64,000 bases of DNA from Dudresnaya verticillata (taxonomy: Eukaryota), in assembly GCA_977862235.1 (NCBI GenBank), contig OZ374557.1:310001-374000 (forward strand), given 5' to 3'. The position numbers and the translations under genes are program-made. Under the pieces are notes generated by a model that made no database searches, was not told the DNA's origin, and was given only the letters and a program-made list of their open reading frames with translations. Positions within the stretch are counted from its first letter, which is position 1. Every line of letters starts with the position of its first letter. Below, in pieces: positions 50,112-63,890 of this stretch.

Positions 50112-50890
50112 GACTACGACACAGCACGCTCCGTGATCGCCGTCTTCGATTAGCTCGACCCGCACCGATTGCGTTCGTCGCGTCACTCCTCGGCCGCGCT
50201 CCGCACAACACCGCGGTCCTCGGAGACGTCAAGCCACCGAATCAACGATACGCGATCACGAAGCCAACGCCCCCACGAAGTTGCGCTCCACGACGCTGGG
50301 CGGTGTCGACCACCACCGCCCCAACTCAGCGCCCTTCGCGATATTCGACACTGGCTCATCCGTGCATACGGTTGCACCGCGGCACTCGCATGACAGGAGC
50401 TGACACCGCGACGGACGGACACGGTGAACTATACATGTCTTGTCATACGTGTCTGAGGTCATACTTTGAGGCCGATGCCACCCGCAACGCACACTTCGTC
50501 TTCGCAATCCGCGCCTCACGCCAACTTCGCTCGATCGCTTGCCACGGAGCAGTGCAGATGCCGACTCACCCCCTCGCTTGCGACATGGAGCTCACCTGCT
50601 ACGACGGGCCTTCGCCACGACCACGGAGTCCTCGTTTGTAGCCAAGCGCTATCCTCTCGCATGGCCTCGGCGCCCCATTACGCATACGTTCCGCCCGCAC
50701 CGATGCGCCCCCGAAGCAGCTCGCCTGCCACAGCCCCGGAGCTCACGCGACATGCCCTGCACGATCCTCGCAACACCCGCACAGCTCTCCGAGGAACGCG
50801 TATCCGCAACCCACCCCCCAAGCACGTTGGAACGGACGCCTTCGTCTTGAGGAGGGGGCCGTGCATGCATATCTCACGAAGTCTCGATGA
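50112..50890 (+). mobile_element. Internal fragment of family H retrotransposon
   Basis: Colinear similarity to ~90-745, including GAGGAGGGGGCCGTGCA. Confidence 0.8.
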
Positions 50891-51397
50891 CTCAACTCCG
50901 CGAAGGAAACACGGGTAACTTTATTTGTAATCAACGTCACACGCATCACGTAGGCCACGGAGTCGAGAAAAACGAGGCCGCGCCACGAACAAGTTCCAGA
51001 TTCGCACACTTGAGCACGAAGCTCGTTTACGAGAAGCTACGAAGCTCAAGCTACGATGCCAACAACTACGTGACTATCACTACGAGGCAAAAGAAGAGTC
51101 CAGCAAGAAAAATGCTTACTCGAGACGATACCACGAAACCGAGACCCGGCCACCGTGAGCTCCGAGAACAAGGAGCTCGATACCGAAAACGAGAAACAAC
51201 GCAGCTACGAAGCTAAAAGAAAAATCCTCGGTGCTAACACTACGTACAATTACGAGTGACCATACGGGTTCGCGGAGTCGTAAGGCGGGTTATCACGAGG
51301 ATCGTTTCCGTTTTCATCTCAAGTCACGCGAAGGATGTCCACACTGGGGCGCTGTAAGGAGCCACGTGTACACGCGACGACTGTAAGGCGTGGGACA

Positions 51398-52830
51398 TGT
51401 GGAATAACGAAGTGCACGGTGACGCGGGGAAGTCTCGCACTGTAAGGAATGGCCTCGGAGCCTAACGAATGGCCTCGTAGCCTAACGGAGAAACGAAAAG
51501 GGGTGGTGGTGTGGTAGAGCGGAGCAACCAACACGAAGAACCACGGTGTCAACGTATTCGGGCGCGGAAGGGAGAACTCGAGCGATCGATCACCGGGGAT
51601 GACTCCGGGTGCGTGGGGCTACCGAAAGCGAGGCTCGACCGTATCCGCGGTCACGAAGACGAAGACACCGAACTCGAAGAAACAGGCGTTTACCGAAGAC
51701 TCCGAGGTCCGGGCGCTAGTCGCTTATCGGAAACCCTCGGAGGTTGTGCCAGACGACTGGCTAAGTAATACTACGTGAGCACGAATGCACGTCAACTCGG
51801 GAGATGGTTCGTACTCGAATGATTCGTAACGGCCTCGGTGCCAACGAACGGTCGCCTCACGTATGGTGGCGGTTGCGAAGTGCGCCAGCGATGCATACGG
51901 AGGTGCGCGTGTCTCGTGGGCCCCGGTGCCGTTATGCGTGGGAAACAACGGGAAAGTCACGAAGGTGTCAGAGATTTCGTATCGGGTGCACAGTGTAATG
52001 CGAATGCCATCGTGGCACGCGCACAGTATGCGCACTGTAATATGTTTGCCATCGTGGCGTGCGCATTCACGGAGTCATTTCGAAATGCGTATTTCTCGAT
52101 TATTTTCACGTAGGCCACGGAGTCGTTTTGTGGTGACGTGAGCCGTGGCGCGCATGCGGCACGCCGACGGCGAGCCAACCGTAACGGGTGATGTGGCAAT
52201 ACGCCACGCTGATGATCTGGCAAGGTGTAACCGTGTCGGATGTTGTGCGCATTGCTGTACGCTGGTACGCATTGCAGTACAGCAGTGTAGCGCACCAACC
52301 ATACCGGAGTATTTGTAGTGTTTATTCTTTATTTTTAGTGAGTATCTGTACAGTATGTAGAGTAGTGCGCCAGCCAATGAGAATGCTGCGCATGTCCGTA
52401 TCGGAGATTGGGACCAGCAGGGCCGATTCCACCATAGGACCAGACCACTAGGGTCTGGCCCCCACGGACCGGACCGCTCGGTGCCACCCTGACTTGTATA
52501 TCAGGGCGGCACCGCAGCGGCTCCTAAGGTAAACGGGTAAGCAACCTTAGCCCAATCCTTTACGGTTTTACCTGCGCCGAGCCCGTTGCGGTCTACCACC
52601 ACCACCGTTACGGAGTCCGTCCCGGCACTTGTACCACCCCCTTGTCTGTTGCTTCCCAATACCCGTCTCGGTTAGCCGCTCGCTGTTCTCCCGTTTCGGT
52701 GCGAACTGCTCTACCACCCCGTGGAGGTAGTGTTACTCTCTTCCGTTAAGGAAAGTCAGGCCAGCTGTCCGTCTCGGAGTTCGTGGGTTTTCACTACACC
52801 ACACGTTTCACGGATAGCTTCTATACTACA
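51398..52830 (-). mobile_element. Solo LTR, family H, interrupted by solo LTR S
   Basis: Inverted homologue of 973-2467, flanked by GGACA / GGACT (4 of 5 TSD match). Confidence 0.85.
52129..52803 (+). mobile_element. Solo LTR, family S, with 5-bp TSD
   Basis: Ends TGTGGTG...CACCACA, with CGTTT at 52124-52128 and 52804-52808. Confidence 0.92.
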
Positions 52831-53823
52831 GGACTCAGGAGTGAGATGGCCGCTTGCCACTGGACAATTAACTACGTGAGCACTATGCGCGCTGAGGGGT
52901 GGACACGCACCATGATTTCACACCTATTTTGGGCCCGGCGTGCTACAGCAACGCGGTACGCACGGGAGCGGTATGACTGCTCAATCCTATTTTTAATCGC
53001 TAGTGTGACTGTTTGTGTACAGTATTAGCTCCCTGTTAGCATTATGGCTCTAGCTGAGCGGGTAGTATATTCCCGGCTCCCGCCGTATTTGTTAGGCCCC
53101 TGAGTATCAGGGGCCCCGCACTAAACGCACAGCGGTTTGTGCCTTGGGGGTTTTCCCCTTTGTGGGACTCTCACGGTATCACCACTAAAACCCCGTTAGG
53201 CGTTTACAAGCCGTGCTACCTACGACGACAGCTCTAAACAGTACGGTTCGCCTTCCCTTTTCCCCTCTTTTGCAGGGCTTGCAGCTTTCTCAAGTCTCTA
53301 CCACACCTTTTGGAGCTACCAACCACGCGAGTGGGATCACGCTTTCAGGACAGCTGTAGTGCTGTGTGGCCGTCTACTCTGGCTTGAAAGCCATTCTACT
53401 ACATGGTCGTCGACGGCGGGAGCACTGTAAGGAATCTTGTGGTATCTTACAGTGCGACTCTACGACACAGATGGGTCCAAATCGACATCCAGCGCATATA
53501 TCGCCGCATTGGGGGCCCCAACCACGGATGTTCCGGCCTCCGGTATTTCTTCAATTGGTTAGCTGGGGACGAAACGGATCTAAAGCTTCTGATTGGCTGA
53601 GAGGTCAGTCAACTAGCTGGGGAGGAAAGCATGGACGCCTATGGCAGGCCTTTATTAGCTGGGGACGAAGCTGGTTAGGCCAATGGGCGGTCTACTCCTC
53701 TTTTCTATTTCTTGCGAGCGGCTTATTACTTTCTATCAGTGCACAGTGCATGCACTGCGTACGGTCAGCCTTGACTTGAGTAGGTACCCGTTTCTGCACT
53801 GCACAGATATCTGCACACCTACG

Positions 53824-55871
53824 ATGGCTATTCGCCAGACTGAGGCCATTGCCACCCAGGCCCTCAACTGTCTCAGTTGGGTTTACGGAAACTCATGGGA
53901 AGAAGAGAGCATGCCGCGTGACGTTGCTGCAGTCGCATCAGCGTTGACGACGGCGATTTCTGCTTGCATGTTTGTGGAAGACGCGATGAATACGAGCCGC
54001 AATCAAGGAAACGGTTCTGTTTCGCTTCTGCTGTTCGCGAGAGCAGAAAAACTGCTGCAATCCCCTACCGGCTCTAGGAACAGCAGCAGGGCCAGCCCTG
54101 CAATTTCGCGGAAGAACTTTTATCTCTGGGGTCTGACAGAGTTCTCTGACGCTGTGGAGGAAACGGAAAGTTACAAAACGCCAAGGGAAGAGGATGAAGA
54201 TCCAAACCTGAGCTCAGCCCTCATTGCAGGAGAGGTTACGCGCAATGATATAAGCAATACAGCGATTCCTCTTGATCCTTCTGAGATATTGTCCAGAAGC
54301 CCAACTGAATTGACAATTGACCCAAATGCTAAGTCATCAGGCATACGGGCTCCGGATCCATGTACCCCCGCTCGTAGTAGCACACCGCGTCTAAATACAG
54401 ACCAGTTGGAGAGAGGTTCGCAAGGGGAACGCTCAAGAGGCGAAGCTCCTGGCCCGGGAATAGGGCCGCCTCCGTCATTGGGAGGAGGAGCAGAGCTGGT
54501 ACGAGGAGTGGCCGAAGAGAATAGGTTGACTGAATTGAATTCAAAGGACGTGTTCAGAATCCCCGATGAGGTATCCTGCATGGTCACTTCCTATCTTCTC
54601 GACGCTTTTGGACACGCTAATCACACAGGAAACCTCGACGAGTCAGGATATAAGTATGAAACCATACAGTATCTTGAGATTCAACAAGCTATTGCCGCAT
54701 TTCATGAGGTTGAGTATAGCCGCCGCATGGCGGAGGTTTCAGAGGGTGCCCAGGAAAAGAAGAAGGATATCAATGACCTCATGTACAAGAGCTTGGTCCC
54801 AGAACAGCTCTTCGGAAACAGTATTTCCGTCCCTTTTGTGTCTTTGCGGTGTGCTTCGAAATACTCTAAGGAACTAAAACGAGCCGTTGTCTCTGCTTTC
54901 AACGTAAGAACTAGGAAGGTTTTGAATCTGCAGGTTTCGAAACCAGATCGGAACAGCAAGGACAAAAATTTCGCCATGTTATGCGTTGATGTTTTTGTTC
55001 GGGGCGAGGATAGCAGTGCTTTAATGGCCTTGAAGAAGTTGGCTTTTAAAGGGAGAACTAACGTTACAAGTTGTGCACTACATCTTGCAGCAGCGAAGTC
55101 TAATTCCGCCAAATCCAAGAAGGGTAATGTCAGTGCAGTGCAATCTTCCGGCAGTGGTAACAAGTATCTTCAGGAAGCTGGTGATCATACCACAACCCAG
55201 CATGGAAATATCTCGAGAAATATCGGCACGACTGTATGCGGCGGACCGGAAGCATGCGTTATGAAACCACGGGCTGTCTGTACTCTAATATCCCGGGGCT
55301 CTGATAACGAAATTGTTGAGGTTGGTGTTGGTATGATATACCCATTGGTGACGTTTATGGATGGGGGATGATCCCTACGGACTAGGTCATGGCGCGCTTT
55401 AATCCCATCTTTAACTCGGAGAGCATAGATGCAGATATGAAATCGAAGGCTATGTCGCGGCCAGTTTTGTGGAAGTGGAATGGTGTGAAGAGAGTTATTG
55501 CAATGGGCATGTATAACCACCCGGTTGGTACTTGCATCATTGTCGAAGACAAACCGTGGGATGCTGCAGGGACCTGCGCTACGTCCCAAAGAACCCGAAA
55601 AAGAAGGCGGCACTTCAAGATGGGAGTAGAACTTTCAAGAGCTGTTGTTATATGCGGACTGCAATTGAATAACAATGTGCATGGAGACACTCTTTATCCT
55701 TACTCTGAATGGTACGACAGCCAAAGAGCCAAGCCGCTTCTCTTGTCCCATTTTCCAGGCGGTAGTGTCCCGACAAAATTGACCGACGCAGTTGGTTCCA
55801 CTTGCATGCTATGGGATGGGGCCATGATAAAAGATGATACACCGGAATGCAGGTTTAAAGAGATGGTATGA
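53824..55871 (+). pseudogene. Unknown transposon-like protein, possibly En/Spm TnpA-like at the C-terminus
   Basis: A long ORF to 55371 plus the 160-aa ORF 55389-55871. The pattern VIAMG...LYPY...KLTDAVGSTCMLW resembles the C-terminal domain of CACTA second proteins (by eye only). Confidence 0.45.
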
Positions 55872-56250
55872 GCTTTGTGTTCACAAATTATGAATTTCTT
55901 TTTTGCACCCCTGTATCTCGAATTACGCTCAGCACGTACTGTCCTCTCTCTCAAGTCCTACAAGACACTAATTTTCGCGCCAAATGGAGTATTACTATTT
56001 TCGGTACATGTGTCATCCATGGCAATCCTTCGTGCATGGAAGAGAGATGATGAAATTTGTCTGCCACCATAGTCAGGGCGACCTTGTTCTTTGACTCTCC
56101 TAGTCGTATTCAAGGATCCTTTCAGGTCAATCGTGTTATTTCCAAAGAATACAAGCGTTTGGGGTTAACCCAATTAGGTCTGGGGATGACTCTGATTGCG
56201 GCCATGGCCAACTACTCGATGCTACGCAGAACAAGATACTCGATGCGTTC

Positions 56251-56786
56251 ATGGCTAGGAGAAGTGTGGCAATAATTGGTGGAGCAGGATCGGGGAAAAC
56301 ATTCTTGCTTCAAGAAATGGTTAAACGTGCTTCAAGTGCTGCTGGAGGCGCAATGGGGGTGGCAGTCAGCGCTTTTACAAATGAGGCTGCCACAAGGATC
56401 GGAGGCTGTACACTTCACTCGCTTCTCGGTACCAAAGCCGGATGGCCTGCATGGACTAAAGATCTTCTATGGAAGTCGCTGAAAGATTTTCCGGCCAAGA
56501 TACGACGGTTGCGAGATATTCGGGTTCTCATCATAGATGAAGTTTCCATGATAAAGAAGAACGAGATTGAAGCCATTGACTTCGTTCTGAGAAAGCTTAC
56601 TGCGTCGGAAGAGGAGGGTGCCTGGCCATTATGCGGACGTCAACTGGTAGTCGCGGGCGATCCATTTCAACTTGAACCGATAGATGTATGTGACGGGAGT
56701 TGTTTGTATCAAACGTTTTTCGAGTCGCGAGTTTGGTTCCTAACATTCACAGCGTATGGAGACGGTGTCGTTGGGATTCTGGATGG
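56251..56786 (+). pseudogene. Pif1-family (SF1B) helicase, N-terminal half only
   Basis: Motif I GGAGSGKT, Ia AFTNEAA..IGGCTLHS, II LIIDEVSMI and III GDPFQLEPI. Cut at ~56787 by family X sequence. Confidence 0.88.
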
Positions 56787-58308
56787 AAAGCCTCCTGGTC
56801 GAACCAGGGGGCCGTGCGAAGAAATTCGCGCGATCGCGAGGGTTCTTACCGACGAAGTTGACGGACGATGCGTGTACGGGCGCGGGAGGAGGGGCCGCCA
56901 CCTGCATGCCATTGAATACCGGCATAATGTCGAAGACGAGGATACGTTAAGGACGCCGGCGATGCACACAATGACTTCAACGACGACTAATGTTCAGAAC
57001 CGATGGCGGAGGTCTCACAAACGTACGTCAACGACGGCTACAGTTCGGCGCCACGGACGATGGAAAGAAATCTGCGTCAACGACGTTCAGTTGCAACGCC
57101 ACAGGCGATACGACAAAAGGTTAACGTCAACGCCCATTGCGTTGCGACGCTGGAAGGTGAGAGAACCTGAACGACATCAACCACGGGAATCGGAACGCGC
57201 CACGGACGGTGGTGTCGGTGGAGTGCAAGTGCTCGCCGCACGCAGCACGCAACACGAGCGGAGTTAGTACAGCACAGCCGAAGTCCCAAACGCACGCACA
57301 GACACACCAAGACGAAGAGGGAACGAGCGCAGAAGGTTGACGGTCGGACGTGTTCGCGTTTTGGAGGGGGGTCGTGTGGTGCAAGGGGGTGAGCCCCTTT
57401 TTCGCTCTGAACGTGTGATAAGACGTTAACCGATGGGCAGTCCCAACCGCTGTTGGCGCGTGCGAACACGTCACGGAAAACTGGCTCGACGGCGTATGGA
57501 CGCGGCAATCGCGCACGGGCATGACGGCTCAAGCACTCTACCCCCGGCTCGGCACGCATCCGGATCACCCCTCGGGATGCAGGAGGTGTAAGACGCGCAT
57601 CAGTAAGTACGGCCCAGATCCGGATTGGATCTGGATCGGAAATCGGGATCAGATCGGGATCCGTTACAATGCAAGGCGTACGCCTGTAATGGCCACGCGC
57701 CAGCAATGCCAGTAGGGATCAGTATTCGAATCCGGATCACCCCTACCGACGTGCGGACGCGCCTGTAAGCTATTCGTCATGCGCGCGCACGCCTGTGAGC
57801 TACTCGTCATGCTATCGCACGCCTGTAAGCCGCTCTTTACCCGCGGGTACGCGGCTGCATGAATACAACGACATGTAATACTTGCGGTGGCATGACAAGC
57901 GTCCCGAGTTCCCGCGCATCACGCCCCGCCGCCGCCGCCCGCATCGTAGCGATAGTATATTAGGTCACCCGTCTGGGACGTTGAGTAAATCCCGGCAAGC
58001 CGGCCTCGGACCTGAAGCCCTTCGCTATTGAAAAATTCTCGCTACTGCCCAAGGCAACCGCGCAACCCCACCCACGCTTCGGCGTCAGTCTACGCCCCCG
58101 ACGCATCTCTCTCTGTCTCTGTCTCTTTCTCTTTCTTCCTCTCTCTTGGTTTCCCTTTGTTGCTCTGTTTCCTCATTTGCCGCCAGGGTGGTTACAGACC
58201 GCCCTCGGCGTGTTTCCTTCGCTCTACCACATCCTCGCTATCAGCGTGCTACTCCCCGGGATCGAACTACCCGGAGGTGCTCCTCGTCTACCGACGGTTT
58301 GCACCACA
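56787..58308 (+). mobile_element. 3' end of a family X LTR retrotransposon: internal fragment, PPT and 3' LTR (57375-58308)
   Basis: Inverted homologue of 26627-28228. PPT GGAGGGGGG at 57363-57371. LTR ends TGTGGTGCAA...TTGCACCACA. Confidence 0.88.
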
Positions 58309-58939
58309 GCGCGGTGTCCCTGTAAGACGCCGACGCCAAAAATCCGCAGCATTTTCGCACGGTCAGCCACTCAGAGCGCGTGGTGCTTGTACAGTTAATT
58401 GTCTAATGGCGCGTAGGCATGTCAATCCTATGTCCCGCACCTTACCGTCATAAAGTGTACAGGTGGTTCCTTTCTGTGCTCCAGCGCTCTTTGCACCACA
58501 CGGCGATAAGCTTAGTGCTCAGAGTAAGGATATTTGGGACTTCTTCCGCCACTCACAAGACCTCGATAACGAGGAGCCCTGGCCGTGCACCAACATCAGC
58601 CCCGCCGCTTAATAGCCGATCCCTGAGCACCGCCTGGAACGCCAGTCCGACTCCGGCTACCATCTTCGCAGATTTTCAGTTCTACTTCCGTTCTTACATC
58701 AGCTTCATCGAACGATGTGACCATTTCTCCTTCTACATCCTTGAAACAGCAGTTCGTACCCTTTCGGTTGAAAACGCTACACCGCATCATCATCACCTCT
58801 ACCAAGTGTTCTCTCCCCCGCACCCGCGTGAGCCCCATTGAGTGCATTATATCCAACCTAGATCGATACGATTGTATCAACAATGACCTGTCTGCCCCAC
58901 CTCGCGCAGAAATTGCGGATTCTTGGACCGACTCTTCCC

Positions 58940-61900
58940 CGATAACTCGGATCAAAACCTAATATGTCGGCCATCGCGTGGATCTGAGCTGTTCTATGAA
59001 GGTGATCCATTCTATTTTTTACAAGTCCGATCGCATCACTGGCGATGGGGAGGACCCCTTCTTCCACCGCTTGTTGCCGATTCTGGACCAGATGGATGCA
59101 TCAAATATCCCCGATGAGCACAAGGTTCCGACACTCTGTTCTGTGTTAACCCGACGTGCCACGGACGCTGCTCAACACATCCGATCTAACTTGACCTCCT
59201 TCGATGACTTTTTTGAAGCTTCTTCCAACATTCTTGTCAAGAAACGCAACCTGCAAAGGCGTAATATTAACATCTGGAGCGCCATCCAGTATGATGGGTT
59301 TCGAAACAAGGTTAGTTCAGAGCATGAATCCACTGGCAAATGTCTTGACTACGTCACGGCTCATTTCAAATACCTCCCCCTTCACATGAACAATAACTCG
59401 ACTCTTCTCGAATACATCCGTGCGATATTCACGGATCTTCCCTGGTGTATGACTCTCTATGAGCGTACGACCCCGAACCAAGACCCTCTCACATTTGGAC
59501 AACTTTTAATGACTGCCGCTACCAACCACGATGACCGTAACAAACTCAAGAAGCAACCCGGTATTCCCATGTTTCCTATCAATACAGACAGCGGGCATGA
59601 CCCAATACCCGATCTAGTCGCCGCCCTTTTCGCCAAAACCAGACCGCCGCCTCACCACCGTCAACCGCAGAGGTATCAGAATCGAGACTTCCCAATTCTT
59701 TACCGTCATCATCGTTTGAGCGGACGATACGATAACTACTGTGTTAATTGGCGATACGGTAACTCTTCTCGTTGTACTACCCGGTTTCCGTCTCAACTTC
59801 GCACTCGCCGCTGCTTCGCGTGCAACATGGAAGGTCACTTTGCTCGCAACTGCCCAGAGAGACACAAGTACGACAACCGTGTGTATTAACTGAAACAAGT
59901 TGTATGTGCAGCTGTTACGCTCATCGAGGCCATTGAGCAGGACCCTACCGACGACCTGGAAGAGATCGCAACTTATCTTGCCAATTTTAACGCCGACATC
60001 AGTAACGAAATGGATACCTCCGAGTTCGATACCTCGATATGCGTGCTTCGCGATTTCATCGATACAATTTACGACAACAAACCGTATCATTCTCATCCCT
60101 TCCTTGCAACCATACTCCCATGTTCAAACTATGAGACCATGACGCACAGCGTCATCTCCGTATTCAGACACACCCTGCTTGATACAGGTGCCCCAAAGAG
60201 CATCTTTGGCCTACCCTGGCGAGCTCAGGCGAATTGGGAACTTGTTCAGATTCTCCTACTTCCGCCTTATGTAATGATGTTTCGCTTTGAATGAACTCAC
60301 ATCTTAGCACTGCATGCAGCATTCCTAATTTCCAACGTTGAAGATATTCATGGGCAGCACATATTCCCACAAGTCGTTTTCGTCCTACTCCAAACCCCGA
60401 AGCCGTTATTGGTTGGCCTTCAGACATTCCAAAGAAACTAGTTCGGTACATGCCTCCGAAATGGAGCTCAGAGTCACATCCACGTGAACAAGTGGAATGC
60501 TACCATTCCTATTGCAGCCAACGCTCACACTCACCTGAACGTTGAGCCACGCAACATCGACCCGGGCCCTGACTTCAGCTGGAATGGCCTCAGCTGCCAG
60601 GGATTCTCATTCTCAAAGGAGCACACCTACTTCAAATTATTGCTCGACTCGCCCCTCAACCTCATCAACAGTCCAAACGACACGAACATCGCTGTTAATC
60701 ATTTCCCGACTGACAAAATGTTCCCTTCATCAACCTACATCACACGATCATGGGAATGCGATGGAATCCTTTCCAACCTCACAGAGGACAACATAGAGCA
60801 TTTCCATAGCGTATTCAGACGCCCGACAAGCTTCTCATTGCTTGAGCTCATTCGACAACAGACAGAAGGCGGAAAGATTCCGCAAGTTCTCAATAAACGC
60901 ATCAAAGCGCAGCAAAGCAATGTCCTCCATACACTGCATTTTTCGAGGTGAAACGCAAACCTACGCTCGCTCTCCCTCCGACATCCATCCCACACATTGC
61001 TGTTTCTTTGGATGTGATGCGCAATATCATTCGTGAAAAGCAGGTCAGCATCCTCGTAACTATAAACCGTGGATACATGCTCCTCCGCCTCTCCAATAGT
61101 CGCGACGACGGCGCTCGTACAGCTTACCATGCGTACTTCTCACGATGGATCTCTATATTCGACGCTCCTCACTACACATACGTAGACCCAGGCACGAACC
61201 TGACGAAGACGTACATGGCAGACAACCTCCGCATGTATTAATCGCAGATGTGTCCTATTCCAACTGAATCCCGTGGTCTATCGGGAAGAACTAAAGCTCC
61301 CATAGATTCCTCCATAAGCTAGTCTAGCAGACCATGGTATACATAACGTACAACATTGGAGACAACCTCGAACTCCTCGGAGATATTGAAATGGCGTGGA
61401 ACTTCACGCAGTACGGCAGCAGGACGCTGCCTCACTTCAACAGATTTGGTGTCATGCCCCAAGTACTTGGTGAGATCAACACAGCAGTTAACGTTCAAGG
61501 ACGCATTGCGCTTGTGGAAATGGCACGCACGAAAACCGAATGACTTTGAGCAAACCAATTGCTTTCCAATGCATTAAATGCTGCTTGAAGCTATGTCACG
61601 AAGATACCCTCGTTCAGTGTCGGAGAGAAGATTTGGTGCCAACGGCCCAAGTACGGCTGGTGCGAAGGCATTGTGGCCAAGATCGATCGTCCCTTGATAT
61701 ATATTTCTAATTCTGCCCAGTAATACCCATCAATGGGACTCTTGTCAGGCCATTCTTCGAATAAACATACTTTCCACCTGAGATAGCCCAGTAGCACGCA
61801 GAAGACCTCGAGGCGCTTGAGATCACTCTAATACAGGAGAGGGAACACGATAGCATTGTGCCTTCGACAATTCCGACAGGATATTCATCGATTGTTCAAA

Positions 61901-63469
61901 TTCTGAACTCTAAATGCATTGCGAGCGCTGCCAAATCCCGTTCAGGTACACTCATCAAGACAGACGACAAGGTAATTATGGTTTCTATCCCAACTTCCGA
62001 TACTGGAACAATTAACTCCAACTGCATCTCCCTCCGGGAAACGGGCATCATCAAACACGAAGATGAGCTCATTTTGTTAACTTCTGCTGAGGAGATCAAT
62101 TGCATCAAGAACGTATTGATGTAAACGAAACAGAAAGCCTAGTTCTTGAAAGCACAACTGGGCGAAATCCAGATTCTCCTGGAAATCAGTGCCCTCATCG
62201 AGACCCCTCCCCAATCGACAGAGCCGGATTGCGAGATACCACCGATGAAGTGGGTAGTGCCCATAAAAACACCCACCCCAAGACCCTCCTACCGGCCTCC
62301 AAGGGTGTACTTCGATATGCTCAACGACAAGAATCAATTAGCCTGGAAAGGTGCCGTTTAGGTCGATGGAGACTTAGAAGCAGGAAAGTACTAGAACAAG
62401 ACATTAGATCCATGGGTGTGCGACAAAATATTCGACCTCAAGCACTCCATGTAAGATTCATCTCTTTTGTATAGCCCGAAAATAAGCGCAGCCACATTGC
62501 TCTGAACCAATTGCATACTCTCAATAATTAAAAGGTCTCAATAAGAAGAAGAAGAAAAATAAAGTCGCAACACGTTTCAAATGCCGAGACAGGCAACGTC
62601 CTCCGGCCGACTTCAATGGACTGGGTATACTACAGGATGGATAGCACGTTTTCGCATCCCAAACATCCTACCTTGAGATCATCATCGCTTCCAAGTAACT
62701 CACAGTCTTAACGAAGCCCGAACTGCAGTGACCAATGACTGATGAAGATATTTACGTTCTACGATCAGTCACCGGAAAACTGGCATGGGTTGCCACTGGA
62801 ACACCACTATTTTCCTCGTTTCATTCAAACGTTGACCGAGAGCGTAACTGTGGAAAGACAAGACCGCACCTCCAGCTTCTCGCCGACACGAAAACAGATT
62901 TATCCGCCATCAATAACAGTGTATACGCAAGCGTGGAAATGGCCCGGTTCGATGAGACGTCCACACATATCCTTGTATACGCAGATGCCTTCTTCCAAAA
63001 CATTTCCACGAATCACTTGCAAATTGGTTCCTTATCAGTATATCATATCGCAACGATGTCTTCAACCCCATCCACTGGCAGAATTCACGTGCACCCTGAC
63101 GAACATACTCCCCGGAAGAGTCCAAGCTTATGTCATTAGATGCCGCACTTCGCTGAATCACAAACCTGCAAAATGTCATCTTCCAACTTGCCAGGGAGGT
63201 ACCCAATGTATTGTAAATCGAAAACCAGACTCTCTGGAAAATCCTCATGAATGAAACGGTTCCATCTATTCCCCATTGGGTACCGATTCCGTAAACCGAT
63301 TCACAACGGAGGAATCCATTCAGTATGCCTCATCTATGGTGGCACCAACCAGTCAGATTCAATGCCCAAGGCGAAACGAAACAAGACACTAGTCGCCGCT
63401 ATCTCCGAGAATCGCTGCCAAACACCAATTAAAAGAGTATTCATGCTTCAAGATTCCAGCATCTAGCCA
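58940..63469 (+). pseudogene. Ty1/Copia-type polyprotein, heavily decayed, RT largely deleted
   Basis: Zinc knuckle CFACNMEGHFARNC, protease LLDTGAPKS, integrase SLDV..RWISIFDAP..VDPGTNL, then LRSVTGKLAWVA, RNase H VYADA and the terminal IYGGTNQSDSMPK. The PR-IN-RT-RH order is Copia-type. Confidence 0.8.
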
Positions 63470-63519
63470 CCCCGTGGATTCCAATAACTGTTCCCATACC
63501 CCGAGCGTCGGAGAATGGT

Positions 63520-63890
63520 TTTCAAGCCAGCAGAAACCACAGAACGGCACAACAGCTGTCCTAAAAGAGCAATCCTAACCGCGTGGGTGGTAGATCGGCA
63601 AAAGGGGGAGGTAAAGACTTGAGAGGTCTTAAAGCCGTAACAATGGAAAGAGGTAAAGGCTAACCGCACTGTTTAGAGCATTTGCGGCAGGTATCACGGC
63701 TTGGAGACGCCAAAGGGACGGTATGATGCGGTGGCACCGCAGATAGTTCCAAAGAGGGAGAAGCACAAGGCACACACCGCTGCCCGTCTAGTCCGGGGCC
63801 CCTGCTACTCAGGGGCCTATTAAATACGGCGGGAGCCGGAAAGGTACTACCCGCTCACTTGGAGCTATAATGCTAAATACGGTGGCGCAA
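63520..63890 (-). mobile_element. LTR-like fragment, family C
   Basis: GGGGCCCCTGCTACTCAGGGGCCTATTAAATACGGCGGGAGCCGG is close to the reverse complement of 53073-53118. Limits are uncertain. Confidence 0.6.

Larger units (their letters stand above)
51353..53451 (+). mobile_element. LTR-like sequence, family C, hosting nested solo LTRs
   Basis: Ends TGTAAG...TATCTTACA. The start is homologous to the reverse complement of 15430-15477, and the core to 13500-13600 and 63790-63875. Confidence 0.55.

Noticed and set aside
973..52830. One giant element bounded by long inverted repeats
   Set aside because: The two H LTRs have separate contexts (PPT-preceded versus solo with its own TSD), and their S insertions are at different sites.
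56787..57267. Novel C-terminal domain fused to Pif1 in the 338-aa ORF
   Set aside because: This is read-through into family X sequence, the reverse complement of ~27700-28228.
58321..58585. 5' LTR and PBS of the Copia element
   Set aside because: There is a TGTAAG start and a weak GAGCCC motif, but no second LTR copy or TSD to support boundaries.
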